Assembly: GCA_049840735.1 (NCBI GenBank)
Contig: JASGJN010000026.1
Coordinates: 224,001 to 288,000 of the forward strand
Source: Anaeromyxobacter sp.
GTDB taxonomy: Bacteria; Myxococcota; Myxococcia; Myxococcales; Anaeromyxobacteraceae
Direction: 5' to 3'
DNA: 64,000 nucleotides
The translations under genes were made by a program, and so were the position numbers. Positions 11,613 to 19,639 of this stretch are shown one piece after another. The notes under the pieces were generated by a model. That model did not search any database and had not been told where the DNA came from. It was given only the letters and a program-made list of their open reading frames with translations. Positions within the stretch are counted from its first letter, which is position 1. Every line of letters starts with the position of its first letter.

Positions 11613-13615
11613 CCGACCTACGGGTGCTGGCGGTGCTGCTGGGCGACGGGGAGGCGGCCTTGCCGCCCGACGCGGAGCGGACCGTCGTCGAGCTGCTCAA
11701 GGCCGCGCAGCGGCGGGACGTGAACGTCTGGCGGCGCATCAACCTGGCGCTGGGCAAGGGGGCCGTGCCCACCGGCGCGGACCGGGCGCAGGCGCGCCTG
11801 CGCCTGGCGCGGCTGGCGGTGGGGCTGCTGGCCCGCGCCCAGCTGGGCGGCAAGGCCCGGTCCTTCGTGGCCGCCGTGGAGGACGCGCTGCGCGACGAGG
11901 AGTCCGAGCGGCGCTTCCAGGCGGCGCTGGAGCGCGGGCTGCTCCGGCAGCTGCTCCTGACTCGAGCGGACGACGCGGTCGCCGGGCGCGCCGTCCTGGA
12001 GATGGTGGGCGGGTTCCTGCGGGTCTCCGTCCCGCCCACCGTACCCGCCCCACCGACCGGCGGCGACGACGGTCCACCCACCGAACCAACCCCACACGAG
12101 GAGGATGAGATGTCGTTCTACATGGACTTGCGCGGTCTGCCGCCCGAGCTCGGATCGCTGGAGAAGCAGAACGCGTACGTGGCGGCCGTGCGCGACCAGA
12201 TCCGCCGCATCATCGGCAACGTCGAGCCCAACGCGCTCGCCCACGCCGAGGTGGTGGGCAAGCTGCTCCTGGGCGGCCAGTTCCGGGCCGACAGCGGCTC
12301 CTTCCCGTCCTTCGTGAAGCGCGCCTACGACGAGCTGGTCGTGCCCTACGACGAGCGCGGCGGCCGCGACGTGACCGGCATCGAGGTGCTGGCGAAGATC
12401 GGGGCCGCCCTGGGGGTGGAGGGAGGCGAGGCGGCGGCGAGCGGCAGCACCAACGGCAACGGCCACTCCGGCGAGCGGCCCGTGGCCTACCAGCAGCTCG
12501 CCTTCATCTACGACGCGGTGGTCCAGACGCTCCCGGTCATCGCCCACGACGACCCGGGGCTGCGCGATCGCGTGGCGCGCGCCTTCCTGGACTACGCCTC
12601 AGGCGACCTGGGGAGCGACCAGCTCGACATCCCGGGCTTCGACCAGACGCTCGACCAGGACGTCGTCCCCGAGAACATGCTGGCGGTGGGCAAGGTGTAC
12701 GCGGCCTACCAGCTGGAGCAGCTCAAGCTCTTCGCGGTGGTGGACCGGATCGCCGAGCTCTGGCGCAACGGCCTGGTCCCCATCGGCAGCGACTCCGGCG
12801 GGCGCCTCCTCAACACCTTCTACTGGGACCGGGAGGACCGGCTCTCCGAGGGCAACCGCTTCGCCCACTACGCCCGGCTCTTCGGCGCCAAGGGCGCCGA
12901 CGTGAGCAAGGAGGTGAACGTCAACGCGCAGTTCGAGCCGCTCATGACGCGGTTCCTCACCAACGTCGCCCAGTACAAGCGGCTGACCGAGATGCAGGTG
13001 GTGAGCAGCGACCCGGCCCAGTCGCGGTCGCTGGTGAGCGAGAACGTGCGCAAGACCGGGCGCGAGCTGTCGGCCAACCTGTCCCTGTACGGCTGGGGCG
13101 CGACCCACTTCGACGCCAGCCGGATTGCCGGCCACGTCCGGGTGGCCTTCGACATCGTCAAGGACGCGCAGGTCCAGAAGGCGTTCGGCGCCACCAGCCC
13201 GTGGCAGGTGATCGAGCGCGTGGCCCAGCAGGAGTTCGGGGTGACCCCGAACATCGTCAAGTACCAGGCCATGGCCGCCTCCGGCCAGGAGATCATCCGC
13301 ATCCTGGCGGCGCAGCCGGCGGCGTTCGTGACCTCGCTGGAGGAGATCGACCAGGCCCTGAAGCCCGCCCCGCAGACGTTCGACAGCCTGGCCCGCCACG
13401 CGCTGGCCTGGCTCAGCGTCAACGGCACCACCACCGAGCAGCTGTCTCGCCTCTCGCAGCCGGTGGAGGCGGTGGCCTCGCCCTCGCTCCCGCTCCTCTC
13501 GCAGCCCACCGCGCCCACCAACGGCGCGGCCGGCCCGGACCTGGGGCGCCTGCGCGACATGGTGGCGGCGGGCCGGATGCCGTCCATGGACGAGCTCCGG
13601 GGGTTCATCCACTGA
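11609..13615 (+). CDS. Uncharacterised family B paralogue 1 (large helical protein; probable internal start at 12110)
   Basis: ATGA overlap with the S8 stop; strong GAGGAGG RBS before ATG 12110; C-terminal half aligns by eye with 15903-16763. Confidence 0.75.
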   Translation: MTDLRVLAVLLGDGEAALPPDAERTVVELLKAAQRRDVNVWRRINLALGKGAVPTGADRAQARLRLARLAVGLLARAQLGGKARSFVAAVEDALRDEESERRFQAALERGLLRQLLLTRADDAVAGRAVLEMVGGFLRVSVPPTVPAPPTGGDDGPPTEPTPHEEDEMSFYMDLRGLPPELGSLEKQNAYVAAVRDQIRRIIGNVEPNALAHAEVVGKLLLGGQFRADSGSFPSFVKRAYDELVVPYDERGGRDVTGIEVLAKIGAALGVEGGEAAASGSTNGNGHSGERPVAYQQLAFIYDAVVQTLPVIAHDDPGLRDRVARAFLDYASGDLGSDQLDIPGFDQTLDQDVVPENMLAVGKVYAAYQLEQLKLFAVVDRIAELWRNGLVPIGSDSGGRLLNTFYWDREDRLSEGNRFAHYARLFGAKGADVSKEVNVNAQFEPLMTRFLTNVAQYKRLTEMQVVSSDPAQSRSLVSENVRKTGRELSANLSLYGWGATHFDASRIAGHVRVAFDIVKDAQVQKAFGATSPWQVIERVAQQEFGVTPNIVKYQAMAASGQEIIRILAAQPAAFVTSLEEIDQALKPAPQTFDSLARHALAWLSVNGTTTEQLSRLSQPVEAVASPSLPLLSQPTAPTNGAAGPDLGRLRDMVAAGRMPSMDELRGFIH

Positions 13616-13646
13616 CGCCGCGGGGTGAAGGAGAAGGAGGGACGCC

Positions 13647-14687
13647 ATGATGTACCCCGACTCGACCCCGTCGCGCGCCGCCTGGCTGCTCCGCAGCGCC
13701 GCGCGCCACCTCGAGACCATCGACCCGGCCCCGGTGATGGGCGCAGCCATCGCCGACGCCACCTCCACCAGCGGGGACGCCGCCCCGCTCTCGCCGCAGT
13801 TCGCGGAGAGCGCGCCCGGGAACCTCTCGGTGCTGGTCCACCCCGGCGGCGCCGCCCGCGACCGGGTGGCCCTCTCCACCGAGGCCACCCGCCGCGCGGT
13901 GCGGCAGCACCTGGGGCGGGAGGCGACGCGCTGGCTGGACGGCCGCATGGAGCCGGCCCAGGACGCGCGCGAGGACGCCTACTTCGGCCTGACCGTGGAT
14001 CGCAGCGGGCTGGCCGAGGGCGTGGTCGGCTTCGACCTGGCCGGCGGCCACCTGGAGGGGCTCCCCCCGCGGCTGGCGGCGCTGGCGCGGGCCGCCGTGG
14101 CCCTGGTGCCCGGGGCCCGGGTGCTCTCCACCATGATCCGCTGCGGCCGGAGCACCGGCACGCAGCAGGTGACGGTCGAGCCGGCCGCCGACCTGCCGCT
14201 GGCGGCGCTCAAGCCGCTCATGGACGAGCTGGGGCTGGGCCACCAGCACGCGTCGCTGATGAGCGCCGCGGCCTTCCTGCTCGGCACGCGCTTCACGCTC
14301 CCGGCCGGCAGCGCGCGGCTGACGCTCCGGCCCATCCGCAGCGGGGTCGAGCTCCGGCTGGACATGGCGCTGGAGGCCATCCCCGATCCGCCCCCGGAGC
14401 TGCTGGGGCTGGTGCGGCTCTGGATGAGCGAGCGGCCGCGCTCGGTGCAGGGGCTGGAGCGCTGGCTCTCGGCCTTCACCGTGGACGGCTTCCCCGACGC
14501 CGGCGACGTCACGGTGCTCTCGGTCTGGGTCCGCCCCGACGTGCCGGCCCGGGCTGCCCTGTTCCTGCGGCCGGCCGCGCTGGCCGGCGCGGAGGTCCGG
14601 CCGCCGGCGGTCGCGCCGCCTCCGCCGCGCCCCACCGCCCCCGCTTCCGCCGCCGCCGCCCGGTACAGCCCGTCCCCCTGGGAGTGA
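13647..14687 (+). CDS. Hypothetical protein, possible ABBA aromatic prenyltransferase-like barrel
   Basis: Strong RBS (AAGGAGG); repeating helix-helix-strand-strand pattern ending VTVLSVWVRP..RAALFLRP. The fold call is inference only. Confidence 0.6.
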   Translation: MMYPDSTPSRAAWLLRSAARHLETIDPAPVMGAAIADATSTSGDAAPLSPQFAESAPGNLSVLVHPGGAARDRVALSTEATRRAVRQHLGREATRWLDGRMEPAQDAREDAYFGLTVDRSGLAEGVVGFDLAGGHLEGLPPRLAALARAAVALVPGARVLSTMIRCGRSTGTQQVTVEPAADLPLAALKPLMDELGLGHQHASLMSAAAFLLGTRFTLPAGSARLTLRPIRSGVELRLDMALEAIPDPPPELLGLVRLWMSERPRSVQGLERWLSAFTVDGFPDAGDVTVLSVWVRPDVPARAALFLRPAALAGAEVRPPAVAPPPPRPTAPASAAAARYSPSPWE

Positions 14688-14696
14688 GGAGCGACC

Positions 14697-15890
14697 ATGG
14701 CCAGCCCTCCACAGCCGGTGTTGCCGCTCGTCCGCGAGGAGGTGAAGCGCCTCCTGGTGGGCGCGCGCTCGTTCCGCGCGCTGCCCGAGACGGAGCGCCG
14801 CGAGCTGGCCCGCAACATGGTCCGGATCGCCGAGTTCATCGTGGGGGGCGCCGACGGTGACACCACGCCCGCCGCGGCGCTGGTGGCGACCGGCCAGGCC
14901 GACGCGCCCCCGCCGCGCCCGCCCACGGCCTCCGGGGACATGAAGGACTCCGGCGCCGCCGCCGCCAGCGCCGGGGGCGCGGCCCTCGCCGACCTGGTGG
15001 GCAAGGTCGACTTCCCCAAGTTCGTCTCCGGGCTCATCGACGGCGTCTTCAACGCCATCGTCAACGCCTCCATCCAGCAGATGGAGGCCTACGCCGAGCT
15101 GGTGAAGAACGTGGCCAAGTCGGTGGACGAGTTCATGAAGGACAACGTCAGCGAGAACCAGGCCCGGGACTACCTGGCCGATCGCTACCCGGATCACCTG
15201 GAGGTGGACGCGAGCGGGGAGTCGCCGCGGGTGCGCGCGCGCCCCTCGGCGGACGCCGCCGCCATGCCCGACTTCTTCTCCGACCTGGGGCTGCCCGCGC
15301 CCGCCGGCGCCGTGGACGACGAGGCGCTGGAGGAGCAGCTGGTCCCGGCCGCGCGCAAGCGGCTGGCCATGGATCGCCAGCAGATGCTGGCCACCATGGT
15401 GCTCATGGGCATCAACCGCATCGTGGTGACCGACGGCTCCATCAAGGCCAGCGTGCTCTTCGACCTCAACACCCGCGACGCGGTCCAGCGGGCGCACGAC
15501 CGGACCCAGACCGCCACCTGGCACGACACCGAGACCACCAAGCGGCGCCCCGGCTTCTTCGGCTGGTTCTCCGGGTACACCACCACCAGCGACCGCAAGA
15601 CCGACTTCACCGTGCAGACGGTCACCAGCGACAAGGACGACTCGCAGTCCTCGGTCGACCTCAAGGCCAAGCTGGCCGGCGAGGTGAACGTCCGGTTCCG
15701 GAGCGAGACCTTCCCGCTGGAGCGCATGGCCGACCTGATCGCGCCGGACCAGCGCGAGAAGCTGCAGGGCCGGCTGCCCCAGCGCGCCGCCCCGGCCGCC
15801 CCGGGGGCGCCGGCGGTCCCGCCCCCGGCGGCGCCGGCCCTCCCTCCGCTGCCCGCGCCCGGCGCGGCGCCGGCCACCCCGAGGCGGTGA
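14697..15890 (+). CDS. Uncharacterised family A paralogue 2
   Basis: GAGGAG RBS; VDFPKFVSGLIDGVFNAIVNASIQQMEAY, LATMVLMGINRIVV, FRSETFPLERM. Confidence 0.85.
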   Translation: MASPPQPVLPLVREEVKRLLVGARSFRALPETERRELARNMVRIAEFIVGGADGDTTPAAALVATGQADAPPPRPPTASGDMKDSGAAAASAGGAALADLVGKVDFPKFVSGLIDGVFNAIVNASIQQMEAYAELVKNVAKSVDEFMKDNVSENQARDYLADRYPDHLEVDASGESPRVRARPSADAAAMPDFFSDLGLPAPAGAVDDEALEEQLVPAARKRLAMDRQQMLATMVLMGINRIVVTDGSIKASVLFDLNTRDAVQRAHDRTQTATWHDTETTKRRPGFFGWFSGYTTTSDRKTDFTVQTVTSDKDDSQSSVDLKAKLAGEVNVRFRSETFPLERMADLIAPDQREKLQGRLPQRAAPAAPGAPAVPPPAAPALPPLPAPGAAPATPRR

Positions 15891-15902
15891 GGCGAGGGGG
15901 CC

Positions 15903-16763
15903 ATGGTCCTGGGCGAGCTCCACCTGTCGGCCGCGCTCGACCTGCTCGAGCGGTCGCTGCCGCTCGCGCTGGGGGAGCACGACGCGCTGGTGGTGCCGCC
16001 GCTGCTGCAGGACAACCTGCCCTCCGCCGAGGCGCTGCAGGCGCTGGCGGTGCTCTACCTCCACGCCGAGCTGGAGGGGGCGGCGCTGGTGATCTGCGCC
16101 GAGGCGGTGGCCGAGCAGCGCGCCCAGCTGCGGGTCTCCGCCGCGCTGGCGGAGGCGCTCGACCGCTTCGCCGACCTGGCGCGCCGGACCTTCACGGCCG
16201 GGCAGCGCGAGCAGCTCTTCCAGCGGCTCTTCGGGATGGCGAGCACCGGGGTGGCCGGGCCGGGCCGCCCGGCGGCGGCGAACCACGCCTTCCTGGGGCA
16301 GCTGGCGGGCCTCTGCGCGGCCCTGGTCCAGCTGGCGGACGACCTGCGCCAGCCCGGCGCCCGCGGGCCCCGCCTGGCCACCGAGGAGCGCGTCCGCACC
16401 GCGCTGGAGCGGCTGCTCATCGGGCTGGTGCCGCACGCCGCCGGCGGCCTCCTGCCCTGGGCGGCCCGGCTCAACGCGCAGCTGGCGGCGGCCCGGGCCG
16501 TGATCGAGCACCCCGAGCTGGGGACGCTGCTGGGGGTGACCGGCGCGGCCGCGGTGCTGCGCGCGCTGACCGACGGCGCCGCGGTGGAGCTGGGCGTGGC
16601 CATCCGCCGGGGCCAGGCCGGCCACCGGCTGCTGGCGGCCTGCGCGCGGCTGGCCGAGCGGCTGCGCGGGCCGGGCCGCGTGGTCGAGCCCACCGACGCC
16701 ATCGTCCGCGACGCCGCCGAGTGGCTGGCAGGGTACGGCCTCCTGGCCGGGAGCAGGTCATGA
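15903..16763 (+). CDS. Uncharacterised family B paralogue 2 (short form)
   Basis: LAVLYLHAELE/QRLFG/NHAF/RVR/GHRLL blocks are collinear with VGKVYAAYQLE/ARLFG/NAQF/NVR/GQEII in 11609-13615. Confidence 0.75.
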   Translation: MVLGELHLSAALDLLERSLPLALGEHDALVVPPLLQDNLPSAEALQALAVLYLHAELEGAALVICAEAVAEQRAQLRVSAALAEALDRFADLARRTFTAGQREQLFQRLFGMASTGVAGPGRPAAANHAFLGQLAGLCAALVQLADDLRQPGARGPRLATEERVRTALERLLIGLVPHAAGGLLPWAARLNAQLAAARAVIEHPELGTLLGVTGAAAVLRALTDGAAVELGVAIRRGQAGHRLLAACARLAERLRGPGRVVEPTDAIVRDAAEWLAGYGLLAGSRS

Positions 16764-18469
16764 CCGCCGCCGCCCTGCGCGCGCCGATCCTGCCGGCCCC
16801 CTACGCGGCGCCGCCCCGCCCCGAGGGGCTGGCGCCGGGCGCGGCCACGCTGGCGCTGGTCGAGGCGCAGGTGCGCGCGCTGCTGGAGTCGAGCCCGGCC
16901 TACCACGAGGTGGCGCCGGAGGTCCGCGCGCAGCTCGACCGCGACCTGGTGAAGATCGCCGGCTACTCGGCCGAGCTGGTGCGCGAGGAGCTGTACCAGT
17001 CGCTCCGGCTGGGCCAGGAGCCCGTGCTGCTGCAGCGCACCACGGTGGAGGGCCCGGGCCTGCCCGGGAAGGCCCCGCCGCCCGCGGCGCACGCCGCCGC
17101 CGCCCCGCCCACCGCCCCGGCGCGGCGCCCCCGCCCGTCGCGGCCGGCGGCGCGCGCGCAGGAGCAGTTCAACCCCGACGCCGCCAACGCGGTGGGGCGC
17201 GTGACCGGGGAGACGCTGCGGGCCATCTCCTTCCCGACCTTCGTGGCCGACCTGATCCGCGGCACCTTCCAGGCCATCGTGAACGCGTCCATCCAGCAGA
17301 TGGAGGCCTACGGCGCGCTCCTGGCCAACGTCTCGCGCACCGTGGACCAGTTCATGGCCGAGAACATCTCGGACAACCAGGCGCGGGAGTGGCTGGTGCA
17401 GCGCTACCCGGATCACCTGCAGCTGCGCCGCGAGGGCACCCAGGCCACGGTGGCCCCGCGCGACGACGCCGGCGAGCGGCCGCCGCCCGACTTCCGCGGC
17501 GACCTGGGGCTGGCCGACGAGGTGGGGCTGGACGAGTCGGCCATCGAGGAGCAGCTGGTGCCGGCGGCGCGGCGCAAGCTGGCGCGCTCGCGCCACCAGC
17601 TGCTCGCCACCATGGTGCTCATGGGGATCAACCGGATCGTGATCACCGGCGGGAAGATCCGCGCCACCATGGGCTTCCACATCGACACCACCGACCGGCT
17701 GGCCCAGCAGCGCGCCACCGACCTGGACACCCGCGTGGCCGCCGCCGGCAGCTTCGGGTTCGGGCCCTGGTCGGCCTCGCTGTCGGCCTCCGTGGCCTAC
17801 GTCAGCTCGGAGCGGAGCCAGCGCGACAGCGAGATGAACGTCGAGGCCGACCTGACCAGCGAGGTCGACCTGCGCTTCAAGAGCGACTACTTCCCGCTGG
17901 AGCGGTTCGTCGATGGCGCCGGGATCAACACCATCCGGAACGCCACGGCGGTGCCCGGGTCCAACAACCCGTCCCCCGACGCCCTCACCCCCGGCGCCCT
18001 GCCCGACGCCAACCCGCCGCCGCGGCCGCGGCGCGAGCGGCCGGCGCGGCCGCCGCCGGGCGAGCTCCGGCCGATCGGCACGCTCCCGCCCGCGCCTGCG
18101 CCGCCCACCGCCCCCACGCCGGTGGCCCGGCCGCCGCAGCCGGAGGCCGCGCCCACGCCGCCGCCCCCGCCCGAGGCGGCGCCGGCCCAGCCGCCCGTCA
18201 CCGGCGCTCCCACCGAGCCGCCCGCGCCGGCCCAGCCGCCCGTCACCGGCGCTCCCGCCGAGCCGCCCGCGCCGGCCACGCCGCCGGTCACCGGCGCTCC
18301 CGCCGAGCCCCCGGCGCCGGCCACGCCGCCCACGGGCGACGCGCCGGCGCCGCCGCCCACCCCAGCCACGCCGCCGCCGGGCGGCGACGTCGCCCCCGCG
18401 CCAGTCACCGCCTCCCTCTGGCCCGCCTGGCCGGCCGGCCCCCACCCCTCACCCCGGATGGCGTCATGA
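16760..18469 (+). CDS. Uncharacterised family A paralogue 3 with long Pro-rich repeat tail
   Basis: ATGA overlap; ISFPTFVADLIRGTFQAIVNASIQQMEAY, LATMVLMGINRIVI, FKSDYFPLERF. Confidence 0.85.
   Translation: MTAAALRAPILPAPYAAPPRPEGLAPGAATLALVEAQVRALLESSPAYHEVAPEVRAQLDRDLVKIAGYSAELVREELYQSLRLGQEPVLLQRTTVEGPGLPGKAPPPAAHAAAAPPTAPARRPRPSRPAARAQEQFNPDAANAVGRVTGETLRAISFPTFVADLIRGTFQAIVNASIQQMEAYGALLANVSRTVDQFMAENISDNQAREWLVQRYPDHLQLRREGTQATVAPRDDAGERPPPDFRGDLGLADEVGLDESAIEEQLVPAARRKLARSRHQLLATMVLMGINRIVITGGKIRATMGFHIDTTDRLAQQRATDLDTRVAAAGSFGFGPWSASLSASVAYVSSERSQRDSEMNVEADLTSEVDLRFKSDYFPLERFVDGAGINTIRNATAVPGSNNPSPDALTPGALPDANPPPRPRRERPARPPPGELRPIGTLPPAPAPPTAPTPVARPPQPEAAPTPPPPPEAAPAQPPVTGAPTEPPAPAQPPVTGAPAEPPAPATPPVTGAPAEPPAPATPPTGDAPAPPPTPATPPPGGDVAPAPVTASLWPAWPAGPHPSPRMAS
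18181..18350 (+). repeat. 45-bp in-frame tandem repeat (3 copies plus a degenerate one) encoding PA(Q/T)PPVTGAP(T/A)EPPA
   Basis: Units start at 18181, 18226, 18271 and 18316. Confidence 0.85.
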
Positions 18470-19632
18470 CGAACCTCCCCGCGCCGCCCGAAGCGCTCCC
18501 CGGCCCGTTCTCCGCGCCCGCGAACCCGGAGGGCATCACCGCCACTCCCCAGGTGCTGGCGCTGGTGCGCCGCGAGGCCCGCGACCTGCTGGAGCAATCA
18601 GAGGCCTACCGCGGCCTCACGCCCGAGGACCGGCGCCGGCTGGCCTTCAACCTGGTGAAGATCGGCACCTACGGCGCCGAGCTGCTGCGCGATCAGTTCC
18701 TGCAGGCCCGGAAGCTGGGCCAGCGGCCGGTGCTGGTGGAGGCGGCCGCGGACGAGGCCCCCAAGCCCCCGCCGGCCGAGAACTTCGCGCCCCGGGCGGT
18801 GGACCAGGCCGGGCGGGTGACCCGCGAGACGCTCAACGCCATCGCCTTCCCGACCTTCGTGGCCGACCTGCTCAAGGGCACCTTCCAGGCCATCGTGGAC
18901 GCCTCCATCCAGCAGATGGAGGCCTACGTGAAGCTCCTGGAGAACGTGGCCAAGACGGTCGACCAGTTCATGGCCGACAACATCACCGACAACCAGGCGC
19001 GGGACTACCTGGCCCAGGGCTACCCGGAGTTCTTCCGGGTCGAGGTGGGGTCCGAGGGCGCGCGCCTGCGGGTGAAGGACACCGAGCGCGACCCGCCCGA
19101 CTGGAAGGGGCTCTTCGGGCTCAACGACGACGTGCCGCTGGACGACGACGCCGTGGAGAACACGCTGGTCCCGGCTGCGCGCCGGCAGCTGGCGCAGAAC
19201 CGGCACCAGATGCTCTCCACCATGGTGCTCATGGGCATGAACCGCATCGTGGTCACGAGCGGCCTCATCAAGGCCAAGATGGGCTTCCACCTCGAGGCGC
19301 GGGACGCGGCGGCCGCGGAGAGCGCCTCGCAGTTCGACTTCAAGCACGACATGCAGGCCTCGGCGGGCGGCGGCCTGGGCTCCTTCTTCGGCGGCCCCAG
19401 CTTCAAGGCCCGCACGTCGCTGGCCTACGTCAGCACGACCAAGCGCGGCAGCACCGACGAGATCAACATGGAGACCGACCTCACCGCCGAGGTCGAGCTC
19501 AAGTTCAAGAGCGACTACTTCCCGCTGGAGCGGTTCGCCAAGACGGGAGTGATCGCGCAGATCCAGCAGAACACCGCCAACCCACAGGCCAACGCAGCGG
19601 CGCCGCAGAACGCGGCCGTCGCCGGGAGGTGA
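18466..19632 (+). CDS. Uncharacterised family A paralogue 4
   Basis: ATGA overlap; IAFPTFVADLLKGTFQAIVDASIQQMEAY, LSTMVLMGMNRIVV, FKSDYFPLERF. Confidence 0.85.
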   Translation: MTNLPAPPEALPGPFSAPANPEGITATPQVLALVRREARDLLEQSEAYRGLTPEDRRRLAFNLVKIGTYGAELLRDQFLQARKLGQRPVLVEAAADEAPKPPPAENFAPRAVDQAGRVTRETLNAIAFPTFVADLLKGTFQAIVDASIQQMEAYVKLLENVAKTVDQFMADNITDNQARDYLAQGYPEFFRVEVGSEGARLRVKDTERDPPDWKGLFGLNDDVPLDDDAVENTLVPAARRQLAQNRHQMLSTMVLMGMNRIVVTSGLIKAKMGFHLEARDAAAAESASQFDFKHDMQASAGGGLGSFFGGPSFKARTSLAYVSTTKRGSTDEINMETDLTAEVELKFKSDYFPLERFAKTGVIAQIQQNTANPQANAAAPQNAAVAGR

Positions 19633-19639
19633 GCGAGCC

